Positions 14,201-26,842 are shown, counted from the first letter of the stretch. The stretch: 34,293 bases of DNA from Reclinomonas americana ATCC 50394 (GCA_048213135.1 PS015165.1:22970-57262), one strand, 5' to 3'. The notes: generated by a model not told the origin, from the letters alone. Program-made: numbers and translations.

Positions 14201-16238
14201 CTCCTCCATCATGTCGAAGCGTCGCATCACTTGATCGATGAAGCCCTCCATGGCCTTGTACGGACACTCACTCGCCACGTGGCTCTCCATGCGCGTGGCC
14301 GGGCTCTCGAACGTGCACCCGTAGATGCTCATCGGACAACTCATCTGCACGACTGTCAGCCAGGGTGGGGGGGGGGGGGGGGGACAACAGGATGGATGGA
14401 GAGGAAGGACACACCTTGCGCCCCGTGCACTCCCAGTCTCGATGATACCGCAGCGAGTTTCGTGGCACCTCCGAGCTGCACATCCCGCACGGAACGAGCG
14501 TGTTGGGGCACTCGATGCGCTGGTGTTCCTCCAACTGCACAAACACAAACGAGAGTGAAAGTCAATATCATGTCAACTTTATGACGACAATGACGATTGA
14601 CGCACCTTTTGTGCCACCACCGGAGCGCCACAACGGCAATACACCGGCCGAAAATCGCACTCGTTCATGTGCACCGACAAGAGCCGTGCCATCACCATCT
14701 GCTGGCATCCCGACGACCCGTACGGACAGTCCACTGTGCTCGGCGAAATCAATTGACCATTGACGAGCAAGGCATGAAGGAAGGAAGCGCACGCAACCCA
14801 GGCGGTATTCGCATTGTCGACGATGACTGTGCAGCGATTCCAGTGGACCACGCCACGGACAGCCCATGTGGCGACACTTGCAAGGTAAAGTGAAGATCTC
14901 TCGTTTGAGGTACACCACGGGAGGAGGGATGCTGTCAAAAGAGAAGAAGAGAGGAGGATGAGGAGTGGGAAAGGCAAGCAAACTGTCATGATGCAGGAGA
15001 GGAGAAGAGAGGACGACGATAGCGGTGGTGGTGGTAGTGGTGGTGGTGGAGGAGGAGGAGGAGGAGGAGGAGGAGGAGGAGGAGGAGGAGGAGGAGGAGG
15101 AGGAGCTGAGGTCGCAGCGAGAGTGAAGTACAAGTCTCTTTCTCTTGCTCATACGCAAGGCAGAAGATGAGGGTGGAGGATGACGAGGGTGGAGGAGGAT
15201 CAGGAGGAACTGACAGCTGTCTTGATCGCACAGTGAGTGCACGAAGGAGAATGCGTCTCTTTCTCTCTCACATACACACGCTGTGCGGAGACAAGAGAAG
15301 GGTGGAAGAGGGTGATGGAGGAGGTGGACGATGAGGAGGAGGAGGACGAGAAGCAGAGAGAGACTGAAGGAGCAGGCAGTTGTCGTTTCGCACAATGAGT
15401 GCACGAAGGATAAGGCGTCTCTTTCTCTCTCACATACACACGCGGTACGGAGACAAGAGTGGTGGAAGAGGGTGGAGGAGGAGGAGGGACAGAAGGAGAA
15501 GCAGAGAGGAGGGCGGTGGAGGAGGAGGAGGAACACAAGGAACACGGAGCTGTCTCGATCGCACAGTGAGTGCACGAAGAGCAAGGCGTCTCTTTCTCTC
15601 TACATACACACGCGGTGCGGAGACAAGAGGAGGGTGGAGGAGGGTGGTGGTGGTGGTGGCAGAGGAGGAGAAGGAAGAACAAGAGACAGGCAGTTGTCAT
15701 GATCGCACAGTCTCTCACACACAAACGTACAGAGAGAGAGAGAGAGAGAAGTCTTGTCCTACGTGCAGCGCGTACTCTTCCTGTTTCTATGTCCCTCCTC
15801 CGCCACCCTCCTCCTCTCTTCTCCGTTGTGTGTGTGTGTGTGTGTTCTCATTCACTCTCTCTTCATCTCCTCTTTCCCCTTTCTCTCCCTCTCTCTCTCC
15901 CTCGCTCTCTTCCTCTTCACCTCCTTCCCTCCCTCCCTCTCCCTCCCTTCTCCCTCTCCCACTCACCGCGTCAATGCACCACACCCACACGGATTGAGAT
16001 GATTCGCCAACACCGTCTCCACACACAGTCGACACAACACATGCGTCAGGGTCTCACACAGTGCCGGTTCATCGCAGGGCACTCCAGTGCAAATCACACA
16101 GCGGAGGCGGTCGACGCGCTCCAACAAGGCCGCGTTCTTTGCAGAGGAAGAGGAGGCAGAGGAGGAGCTGTCCGCGGCATCCTCTGCGGCGGGGTTGTCC
16201 TCCAGGGCCAGCCAGAGGTATTCCTCATCAAAGCACAT
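11201..16238 (-). CDS. RING finger + TRAF-type zinc fingers + coiled coil + Btk-type zinc finger + acidic Ala/Val/Glu repeat tail (putative E3 ligase; about 14 exons including microexons)
   Basis: RING: CVIC..C.ETLTH.LCRLC..PCGC. TRAF-type fingers: CKCRHMGCPW..HRRQCEYRL|VDCPY..HMNECDFRPVYC and HQRIECPNTLVPCGMC..HRDWEC. A coiled coil follows, then WQCLRC..CRFHSG|D|FVM|G|H|WTCC..PGCRMAAH. A phase-2 junction leads into the acidic ORF ending at 11201. Confidence 0.75.
11270..11545 (-). repeat. Coding tandem repeat, about 11 copies of a ~24-nt unit (AVEQEVxA)
   Basis: AVEHEVVP AVEQEVGA AVEQVVAA AVEQEAIA AVEEEVVP ... AVEHEVLA. Confidence 0.9.
15215..15720. repeat. Intronic minisatellite, three full copies plus one partial, period about 165 bp
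   Basis: Core gcacagtgagtgcacgaag..gcgtctctttctctct..acatacacacgc recurs near 15228, 15390 and 15561. Confidence 0.85.
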
Positions 16239-16601
16239 GAGGAGAGGCCTCGTGTGTGCGTCGTGGAGGGAGTTGTGACAACAATAGTTAAGTTCGAAGT
16301 TTGTCAACCGGACAAGGGTGGAGTTGTCATGACCTCAGTGGATCACATTAAAGTGCAACATATGCGACGCGCTGTGGGCGAAGCGTAGTCGCCGTCGATG
16401 GGAGCATTGGAGAAGATGTTCGTTGCAAGTGAACAGGCGTTATCAATCGCGACGTCGGCTGCACATTGAACGGGGTGGTGATGGACGCCTGTGCCACGTG
16501 CCGAGTTGAGATCGACATTTTACAGGAGGCAGAGCCCGATTGGAACAGCGTCGCGATCGGTACACTGGGTGCTGCAATCAGGCACCAAACAACAGCAGTG
16601 C

Positions 16602-17336
16602 TTAGACCGGGAGCGGATCTTCTTGGGCGACTGGGGGCTCGACTGGTTGCACAGCGAGTCGGCAGGCAATCGCGGCCTGGAACCGCTTGACTGTGAAGGA
16701 AGAACGCCGGTGAAAAAACGTGAGAGAGAGGATTCTCTTTACACACGGACTGCAGCTGAACGCTTCTCATCCATTTCCGGGCTCCATGGAACATCGTCCC
16801 TGACATCCTCTGCAAGCATTGAAGTAAGGTTCGTTGCAGCGGACATATCGACACGACAAGACGCACCACCACAAGAGTCTTCGTCTTCGTCATCGTCATC
16901 ATCAATTTTGACGCAGTCTGTGAAGAGAGAGAAAGCAGAGTGTGACACACGGTGACGTGTGCTCAGCATGTCTGTGTGTGTCTACATGGGGAGCTAAGGC
17001 GGCAATTGTGTCAGGCGCCTCGAAAGCGCGAGAGCGGGAAACTCGGGCCATGATCATGACTGCAGCTGCTCACCACGCACCACAAGGTTTGCGCCATTGG
17101 ATGCCCTGGAGCTCAGGATCTTGCTCAGCAAGCAGGCGTCGTAGCATCACGGAAAGTTGTTGGCGACTGGGGTGAGGGGGTTCACTGTTATGTGGGACTT
17201 TGTGATTCGACCGATCTTTTTTGTTCAGCGAATTCGGATCCAGTTTTGAGCCACCACCATCGATATCATCGACGATGACCACCGCCGCGATGGCCTGCAT
17301 TCGACAACCAACGGCCAGACCACCCTGCACCTCCAT
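16602..17336 (-). CDS. Hypothetical protein, about 170 aa, 3 exons
   Basis: MEVQGGLAVG..WRKPC|DCVKIDDDDEDED..EKRSAAV|LKRFQAAIACRL..EDPLPV* through two phase-compatible GT-AG introns. No family recognised. Confidence 0.5.
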
Positions 17337-17501
17337 TCCAACTTCGCTGACATTGCACACGCCTGAATTTCCGAACACAGCAAGTGTCGCTGTGGCAGGT
17401 CGTTGTTGCAAGTATTTTTCCTCTACGAAATCCGTTGTTCTCCTCCTCACACAGAGCAGACCTTACCCTCCTACCACCACGTCATCTCCTCCGCCCCCGC
17501 G

Positions 17502-18292
17502 ATGCTGAGCTACCTGCTCCTACTCTTGATCGCCGTCGCCACGTCATGCACCGCTGACACGGGCGCTACCGTCGATCGCAGCATTCTCCAAACGGGCTGC
17601 GGAGCACTGTGCCAACACCTGTTTCCGATCATCGGTGGCTCCGCATGCGCTGCCCTTCTCCTTACCGGAACCTTCTGTGTGATTCACACCATGGTCAGCG
17701 ACGAGCAGGAACGACAGAAGAGGCGGATCGAGTTTCTGAGCAAGGTCCGCACCACGCAAAAATTCCGTTCCACAACTCCTTCCTCACCTCTACCTCTCTC
17801 TCTCTCTCGTTCTCCCGCTGCAGGTCGACGACCAAGTGAGCGGCGCGCAGAGTGTCCTCACCGCAGAGATGATCGGCCTGTCGAATCCCTGCAATCGACT
17901 GCGCGGCCTGTGGACCGGCGTGATCCAACAGCAGCGCCGATCCATGAAATTCACCCTGAACCTCGGCTGCTGGCCGGGCGCTACCACCGCCGCTCCGCTC
18001 CATGTGTTTGGCGTAGGTGCGTGTATCGATGACACGCACGACACCCACCGTCACTCACGGTCCGCTTGCAGGCGAATGTCGGCTGGGTAGATTTCTGGTG
18101 CGCGGACAATGTCGAGTGTCCAGCTCTGGAGGGCTGTGCATTGCTTTCGAAAAGGTGCGTGTGTGTGGGAAAGAGAGAGGAGGGTGGGGAAAGGAAAGGC
18201 ACTGGCTAACACCGTGCAGGAATACGACAACGTGCGAACGAGCGGCCAAGTGGGCGACCTGTCGTGCCTGGAATTGTGCGTCCTCTCTGCTT
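17502..18292 (+). CDS. Hypothetical single-pass membrane protein (signal peptide, TM helix, beta-rich domain); 3' end in gap
   Basis: MLSYLLLLLIAVATSCTA.., TM IIGGSACAALLLTGTFCVI, and three GT-AG introns joining ..LSK|VDD..LWTGVIQQ..FGV|GECRLGRFLVRG..FEK|EYD. Confidence 0.65.
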
Positions 18293-19006
18293 NNNNNNNN
18301 NNNNNNNNNNNNNNNNNNNNNNNNNNNNNNNNNNNNNNNNNNNNNNNNNNNNNNNNNNNNNNNNNNNNNNNNNNNNNNNNNNNNNNNNNNNNNNNNNNNN
18401 NNNNNNNNNNNNNNNNNNNNNNNNNNNNNNNNNNNNNNNNNNNNNNNNNNNNNNNNNNNNNNNNNNNNNNNNNNNNNNNNNNNNNNNNNNNNNNNNNNNN
18501 NNNNNNNNNNNNNNNNNNNNNNNNNNNNNNNNNNNNNNNNNNNNNNNNNNNNNNNNNNNNNNNNNNNNNNNNNNNNNNNNNNNNNNNNNNNNNNNNNNNN
18601 NNNNNNNNNNNNNNNNNNNNNNNNNNNNNNNNNNNNNNNNNNNNNNNNNNNNNNNNNNNNNNNNNNNNNNNNNNNNNNNNNNNNNNNNNNNNNNNNNNNN
18701 NNNNNNNNNNNNNNNNNNNNNNNNNNNNNNNNNNNNNNNNNNNNNNNNNNNNNNNNNNNNNNNNNNNNNNNNNNNNNNNNNNNNNNNNNNNNNNNNNNNN
18801 NNNNNNNNNNNNNNNNNNNNNNNNNNNNNNNNNNNNNNNNNNNNNNNNNNNNNNNNNNNNNNNNNNNNNNNNNNNNNNNNNNNNNNNNNNNNNNNNNNNN
18901 NNNNNNNNNNNNNNNNNNNNNNNNNNNNNNNNNNNNNNNNNNNNNNNNNNNNNNNNNNNNNNNNNNNNNNNNNNNNNNNNNNNNNNNNNNNNNNNNNNNN
19001 NNNNNN

Positions 19007-22000
19007 GCGTCAAACAAATGCAGCGTGAGAACACAAAACTAAACCCACTTATTTTCACATCGACCAACAAAACTCACCGGCAGTGGGAGAGTGTTGGCAG
19101 TGGCCGCAGCAGAGCCGTTCGTGGCGGCCGCCGCAGCGGTGGGCGACGATGAAGCCGAGCGAGTGGCGGAAGCGGCAGGTGAGGAGGCGCGTCCTGCCTG
19201 CTCGCGCAGTTCGGTGTTCTCTCGCACCAACTTGAGCTTCTCCGTCTCCAACTTGGCCTTCTGCTCGCGCACGGTCGACAACTGTGCGCGCAGTGCGTTA
19301 GTGGACTCCTCCTTCTCGGCCAGAGCCTTGGTGAGCGCCTCACGAGCGGCCATCAACTCGTTGTGCAAGTCGATGCGCTCCTCCGCGCCCTGCATGAGCA
19401 GCACGTTGCGACCGGAGGCACCTGCGTAGTTGTGAGTGGATTTCAGTCACGCGCCACAGGGTGAAACACAACAAAATGAATGTACCTTTTTGCAGCGCAT
19501 CCTTGACGCGACGCAGTTCATCACGCAGACGATCACGCTCGTCGCGCAACCGATCGCGCTCCTCCACGACCGAGTCAGCTGCACGAGCATCGAGGAGTCA
19601 GTGGAAAGCTGCCGCCAAGTAGGAGTTGCAGGACACGAAACTAGCGGAGCGCGAAGCAGACGCCGAGCTGGCGACCGGCTCAAAGAGGTTGGCGGACGAG
19701 AGCGCATGAATCGGCGTCTCGATCGAGAAGCGGAATGCTGCACATGCAGTGAGGACGACACGCCAGTTTCATCAATGCAGTCATGCCACGCAACATTGCC
19801 GAATGGAGGCCAAATCAGTGTTGACGGAAACCGGTGGCGGCAGGACAGAGTGATCGAGAGTCTCGCCCTCGCCCCACAGCTCAACAGCCAGTGGCTCCTG
19901 CTCCAAATACTGCTGCAGATCGGGCGTCATCGTCAACTTGAAGTTTTCCGTGTGATCAAACACGGGCCGCACGCTGAAGCCGGGGAACACCTGTCGAAAC
20001 AGCGGTGGTGAGAATCACGGGAGACAATAGAGAGAGACATAGAAAAGGGGAGAGAGACACAGAAACAGAAAGGAGAGAAAAGACGAGAGAGAAAGGAGAG
20101 AGAGAAAAGAGACAAGAGAGAGAGACTGAAGAAAGAGACAAGCGCGAGAAGGAGAGACACACAGAAAAGGAAGGAGAGACGCAGAGAAATGGAGAGAGAA
20201 GATTGAATGAGTGAGTGAGTGACTGGGCGAATGAGTGCGCGTATTTTAGAGAGAGCGAGAGAGCTTGTGTCTCAGAATGCCTGCTCGTGTTAGTGTGTAT
20301 CTGTGCGTGTGTGTGTGCACAAGCACTCACCGGCGTCTGGCGCTCATTGGCCTCGTTGAAGAACTTGAACTTCATAAACACATTGTTGGCAAACTCCCTC
20401 TTGGTCAGTTGCGCATCCATCAGTGTGAGCGAGAACTTCATCGGAGCGCCCATCGGCACCGGTTCGCCCTGCTCGTAGCTGTCGTCCATGACTTCCACGT
20501 CCCTACACCGGCACTTGTGTTCAGCGTTTCTTGTAGCGGGCGCAGAGAGTGGACAGCATGACAACGCAACATGGTGTAGCGCACAGAGCCAAGGTCGCCC
20601 TTGACTGCTGGGTCGCTCGGCAAAATGCTCACCACGGCATCCTCGTCCTCCAAGTCGACTCCAATGCCCATCGTCACGCCCAGCAAGAAGATCGGCGCGT
20701 AGCCGATGGCAATGCGCTCCGTCAGGTCGATGAACGGGTCATCCTCCAGCGGAAGTTCGTACGGCTAAAACACACAAATAATCAGAGAACAACGTCGACA
20801 CCTCATTTCTCTCACATAGGAAACACTCACCGTCTTGTTGCGGTGCGCACGGCGCACGTCCTTGTACACGGCCTCCATGGTGGCGTAGCGATTGCAAAAG
20901 TCCTCGTACGTCCAGTAGGCCGGCGCGTCGGTCCACTTGCGCTGCACCTCCACCATGGCTTGCGCGCCGTTCACGTCACCGAACTTGGACTTGATCTTGC
21001 CCACAAAGGTGACTGGACGGCGGAGGTCTTGTGCCAGCAGGTTGGCTTGGCGGGTGAGAGGGACGAGCTGGGCAGACGGAAATGGTGAGAGGAGAAGGGA
21101 AAGGAGAGGGAAAGAGAGAGGGGGAGGGAAAGGAGAGGGAGAGGGAGAGGTAGGGACAGTGAGAAGCGCACATTGATACACACGAACGATTCTTGCAAAC
21201 ACGAACGCGTCACATTCTGTTACATACACACGCACGCTTACACAAATGCACGCTCGCATTCTTACAAACACGAATGAACAGTGACATTCTTGCACACACA
21301 TTACGAGCAGGAATGCACGTCACATACTTACAAACACGAGCACACGCACTCACAATTACACGCATACACATGCACACAGTAAAGCACATACACACATTTG
21401 CTCACGCTCACAAACTTACAAACACGAGCACAAGAACTCACAATTACACGCACACACATGCACACAGTTATACACACATACACAATCACTCACTCACTCA
21501 CTCACCCACTCACTCACCCACCCACTCGCTCACCCACCCACTCGCTCACCCACCCACTCGCTCACCCACCCACTCGCTCACCCACCCACTCGCTCACTCA
21601 CTTACGAACACGAATGCACCTCATGTTCTTAAAACACACTCACTCGCACAAAACATACACACACAACACACCTTGGTCAGCTGATTCTCGATACGAATCT
21701 GCGCGACACGCTCCTGCGCCTTCTTCTCCTCCTGGCGAATGCTGCGCTCGAGCGCTCGCGACAAGTGCGCTTGCAGTTCGGCAGCCTGGCGTTGCATGTC
21801 CTCCACCTGCTGCTTGTGCTGCGCCTCGGCTTCTTTCTGTGGTGTGTCAAGGAGCCTGGATTGAGGACTGTGCCCAAGGCAATGGGCGCACACTACTCTC
21901 ACTCACACGCTCATACACATCTCTCCGTCTCTCGTTCTTTCTCTCAACCAATCTCCCACACACATACACTAAGCTCTCTCTCTCTCTCTCTCTTTCTCTT

Positions 22001-25000
22001 TCCCCTTCTCTCTCTCACTCTCTTTCCCCTTTCTCTCACTCTCTTTCCACTTCTCACTCTCTTTCCCTTTCTCTCACTCTCTATCCTCTTTCTTCTCTCT
22101 CTCCTTCTCTCTCCTCCTCTCTCTCTCTCTCCCTTCTCTCCATCACACTCACCAGCGCCTGACCACCGCGCACACGGGCAATCTTCTCCGTAAACTCCCT
22201 CTCTAGCCGCTCTTGATCGGCACGCAGCTCGGCCTCCTTCTTCCTGCGATCGGCGTCAAAGGCGCGCGCCAGCTCGGCCTTGGTGCGCTCCACCTCCTGG
22301 CGCACTTCCTCTGGGTCCTTGTAGCCCTGGGACTTGAGCAGCTCCTGATAATGGCGATTCGCGAGTGAGCAGCAGCTGCAGTAGGAGCGAGAAAGCGAGG
22401 GCGGCATCTCAAACGCACCGTGTACGCAAACTGGAAGGTGACATTTGGATCGGGCGGGCCAGCACGCGGATCAATAAAGTGATAACAGAAGCTTGAACCG
22501 ATCCAGATGCGAGATCCCTGCGAGACAAACAAGTCAGTGCGGGCTGTATATGATCTGCAAACAAAAACACAAAAACCACTCACATGGCGCAGTACAGTCG
22601 GCTCGGTGATTTCCTTGCCGTTCACGTGCGTCTTGTAACGCTCGCGATCCGAGGCCAGCGGTGTGAGCGTGACACGGCCGTTCACATTCTCGAAGCGGCA
22701 GTGGATCGGCGCAACCTCTTGTCCGTCAAACACCACGTCGGCGTGCGATTGCTGAACCGAGAAACAAAGAAAAAATGAGAAAATGGGGCGAGGCGGGGAG
22801 TGGAATCAAGGTGCAAGGACGTTACCCCTTCAGTGGCGGGATCCATGGAGCCAATGGTGAACGACCTGCCAATGGGAATACCGTGCACCAGACGACCGGC
22901 CATGAATGGGTCCTCCGACAGATTCGAGATGCGCGGCGTGTCGTCGGCAATGTCCTCTGCGGCGATACCAAGCTCCTGCGGTGACATGGAGAGTGAGACA
23001 CGGCGGTGAAGACGGTGAGAGGTGAATGTTGCGCAACTCTCATGTAGCGGTGGCGGGCATCGCGCATCACATGCGCGTCGTTGACACGCTCCTCGTACGA
23101 CTTTTGCATCTCCTCAATGACCTTCAGCTTCTCCTCGAGCTCATTCTGCAGCTCGTCGATGCGAGCCTGCGTCAGAGCCTCGCGTTGCTCTGTGCACAAG
23201 CGGTGGTGAGTGCATGTGGAGAGGGAGAAGAATCGTGTTGGCGGAAACGCAACGGAGCTCTGCCTGCAGCGCCATGACACGGTTGCGAGACTCTGCGAGG
23301 GTGGACGGAAAGTGAGAGAGATGATCATCACACACAATGACTACTGTTACAGACAGACCCTCCTCAAGTCGGCCGCGATCAGCGGACGTGTGCACAGCCT
23401 TTTGCGCATTGACCTTGACGCGAGACACACTCTTGGCGAACCTGCGCGCGCACACAAAGGCATCAGCAATGGCGCGCAAGAGCAGTGAAGGTGAAAGGCG
23501 AGAACGCAACTCCAAGGTCGACACGGATTCCTCATAGTTGAGCGCCGACGGAGAAATGGCGGCAATCATGACGGTCTTGCTGTTGAGACCGAGCGACTCT
23601 TGCAACACCCTGCATGCGGGATCAGCAACGAAATGATGGCCCAAGTGCCTTGGTCAAAAAAAACGCAACTCAGTGAGGCGCGAGTCACGGTAGGCCGGCT
23701 TCTGACCATCGGCCAAGGCACGAATGACACGACCGAGGGTCAGCAGCGACAGGTTGATCTTGGCACCTTGCTGTGTAGTGGGTAGAGGAGAGAGTGGTGA
23801 GAAACAAGGAGAGGAATGTGGTTTGGCCGAGATGATCACGAAACGGCGCGAGTGACTCCCTCGGTTTCGGCCTTGCTGATGCGCTCCGACCCGGCCAAAT
23901 CGACAAGGTTGATTTTCGGGGCCAGGGTTTGGCTCGTCCGCAGGTCGGTCTGCCAGAGGGCAAAGGGGGTGAGCATGGAAAGGGGGAGGAGAAAGGGAAG
24001 GGGGAAGAGAAGGGGGAAGGGAAGGGGAAAGCGAAGAGGACGAAAGGGAAGGGCGAAAGGGAAGGGGAAAGGTGAAGGGGAAAGGTGAAGGGAGATGTAA
24101 AAGGGAAAGCGAAGAGGGCGAAAGGGTGAAGGGGGAAGAGAAGAGGAAAGGTAAAGTGGAAAGGGCGACGAGAACGAAAGGGTGACGGGGAAGAGAAGTG
24201 GAAAGGTAAAGGGAATGAGCGACGGGGAAAGCGACGAGGACGAAAGGTTGAAGGGGGGAGAAGCGGCAAGGCAAACGGGAAGGAAGCGAAGAAAAGGAAA
24301 GGGTGAAGGAGTAAAAGCAGGGGAAGAGTGAAGGGTAAAATGACGAAAAGCATGTCGTGTTAAGACGGTGAGAGAGAAGAGGTAGAGAAAGCAGGTAGCT
24401 GGCCTATTTTCCCAATCAACAGCCACCGTGACGAAGCAGGAGATAAGCAAGAGTCAGAAGGGTAGAGGAATAGCTGGGCGGAGAGATGAATGGAGCAGAT
24501 CACCTGCCACAACCAACAGCAAAAAAAGAGCAAGGGGGATCAACTCTACTCACATGGCGAAGAAAAGAAAATCAACACATTCAAAGGAGAGACAAGGAAA
24601 GAAAGAAATGTAGACGGAGGAAGATTGCATGGAGCAACCACAGCAGTGACAGGGAGGTAACAGAAAAACGAATCACGAGATCACACGCCCTCTCTCCCTT
24701 CTCCCCACCAACAGACCTTTCGGAAGTGCACAGTCATAACAGTGTGCGCGCGACTGGATTGGTCATTGAGCGCCGTCTTCTCAATGATGCGCATGCGGAG
24801 GGCGGCCTCCAGATTCTCCATGATCTCGTCGAATGACTTGACGAGAACGCTGTCAAGGCATGAGGCACGATGAGCACAAGAGGGAGACTATTGCAAGAGG
24901 AACGCTCGCTCACGCAACTGATTGGCACCGTGAATGTAGACGCCCTTGAGGCGGTCCTTGACCACGCGGAGCTTCTTGGAGTCGCGCTCCGCCTCGCTGG

Positions 25001-26697
25001 TCACCAAAAGATCGTTGATCTGCTCCATATAAATCTGTACAATTGTAATTTCTACTTCGGTGCGGATGTTGCGATTGGTGGCCATCTCCGCCTCGCAGCG
25101 CTCGAAGAGCTCTTGGCACACCTGCGCACAAGGAGAAGGGAGGTTAACGGGGAGAGGGGACAAGGGGGGAGATGAAGGGCAAGGGGAGAGAGTGCCGAAC
25201 TGCAGTGTTGCTGATGCAGGCGTGAACGATGTTAGAGGTTCTCTAATCCGCTCCCTCTCTGTCTCTCATCTCTATTTGTCTCACTATTTCTATGTGAGTG
25301 CATTCTCTGACAGAGCGTGGTGCTGGTGTGGCACGCACTGGAGACAGAAGTACCCCGCGAATGGTGCACATTTCTCTTCGTCGCGAACTCGGAGTGCAAG
25401 CGCTCATCTCGAGTTGCCTGTTGCCACTTTCAAGCAGCGCGATCGCTCTCCCCTTCTAACAGCGCTACAGCGTGGGAGTGGAAACTCCTCCACGTGTGCC
25501 AGTTCTTTTCGTGAGAGTTCTCAAATCTGTGACCACTCTTCAAGCACATTCTTCAGACGATGCGGTCGCTTCCAGCGAGCGAAAGCAGATCTTCTCCGAA
25601 GCTCCTGTTGCTCATTCCTCCTCTCTGTTTCACACACTCTTGCTCTCCAATATAACTGAAGAGTGTTTGAGAGTGAACTACATCGCGTGTTGCCGGTTGT
25701 CTATTCTCCTCTCCATCTCACGTCTCTTCCACATAAATAAAGTGTATTTGGAGAGTGAACCTACATCGTGTGCTGCCTGTACTCTCCATCTCACGACTAA
25801 CGCAGACGTTGCCACACACTCTCCCGTGTAATTGAAGAGTGTTTTGAGAGTGAACCTACTTCGTGTGCTCTCAACTTCACGCTTCCTCGCACAGTGCCGG
25901 CAACCCTCTCCCTCTCAGCTAGCGCAAGTAGTTTAGCGTGGTGCGCTTGGCACACATGTGTCTCTCTCACATACACACCAACACACACACACACACAAAC
26001 ACACGCACACGCACACGCACACTCTCCCTGTCTCTTTCACGCACACGGTCGCTCGGTGACAGAACCGATTGAGAGTGGATCGTCTCATACGTTGCCTCTT
26101 CTGCCCCACTCTTCTGCATGCAAGTGCCAGGAGTGCTCTCTTCACACTCCGTCCCCCCTTCCCCCCTCTCTCTCTCCTTCACGCAACTCTCGGCATGATG
26201 CCCTGATCCGCTCCCCGCGGCGCTCCCACCATGGAAAACGACTTGCCCGACCCACTCTGCCCATACGCAAACAGACTGCTATTGTAGCCCTCCAGCGAGT
26301 TCTCCAGCACCGATCGCCCCAGCCGCTCATACACCAGATTCTGATCGGCAAAGTGCGGATCGCGCGGGTCGTGCGACCAAATCGAATAGTTGAAGGCGTA
26401 CTGTCGCGGCGGCTCATTCGGCTTGTGCGGGTTGTAGATGAACGTGTGCTTGCGTGACTCATCGTCGGCAGGCATGTCCACAATGCATCGAATGTTCGGG
26501 TCTGCATGTGGAGAGAGATAGAGAGAGACGCAGAGAGAGAGAGAGGAGGGAGCGAGAGAGAGAGAGAATTGACGCAGAGGAGGGAGAGGAGGGAGGGAGG
26601 GAGGGAGGGAGGGAGGGAGGGAGGGAGGGAGAGGAGGAGGGAGAGAGAGAGGCGGGAGTCNNNNNNNNNNNNNNNNNNNNCGTGTCACGTGAGGTAG

Positions 26698-26743
<46 letters not shown>

Positions 26744-26842
26744 CGAGTGAGTGAGTAGGCAAGAGCACAAGGCATACACACACGCGCGTACACACCGAAT
26801 GAACGGGCGCACGCGCACTGCGACCTTGATGGTTTCTGACAT
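19007..26842 (-). CDS. Kinesin-3-like motor (N-terminal motor, coiled coil, FHA domain, C-terminal coiled coil); about 21 exons; 3' end probably in gap
   Basis: IKVAVRVRPF, P-loop FAYGQSGSGKSFS, switch I NDQSSRAH, switch II LVDLAGSE, INLSLLTLGRVI and YRDSRLT. FHA region NLSEDP..HCRFEN..HVNG..LRHGSRIWIG. Subfamily (KIF13/KIF28-like) is not resolved. Confidence 0.92.
25655..25880. repeat. Degenerate intronic tandem repeat, 3 copies, period about 85-90 bp
   Basis: agtgt(a)tt(t)g(g)agagtgaac(c)tac.tcg.gtg near 25660, 25741 and 25837. Confidence 0.75.

Noticed and set aside
15215-15720. Repeat-spacer-like array resembling CRISPR
   Set aside because: Units are long and degenerate, the spacers are GGA low-complexity sequence, the array lies in a eukaryotic intron, and no cas genes are present
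16602-17450. Faint resemblance of the hypothetical protein to adaptin-binding p34 (AAGAB)
   Set aside because: Only a few scattered residues match, which cannot be supported without a profile search
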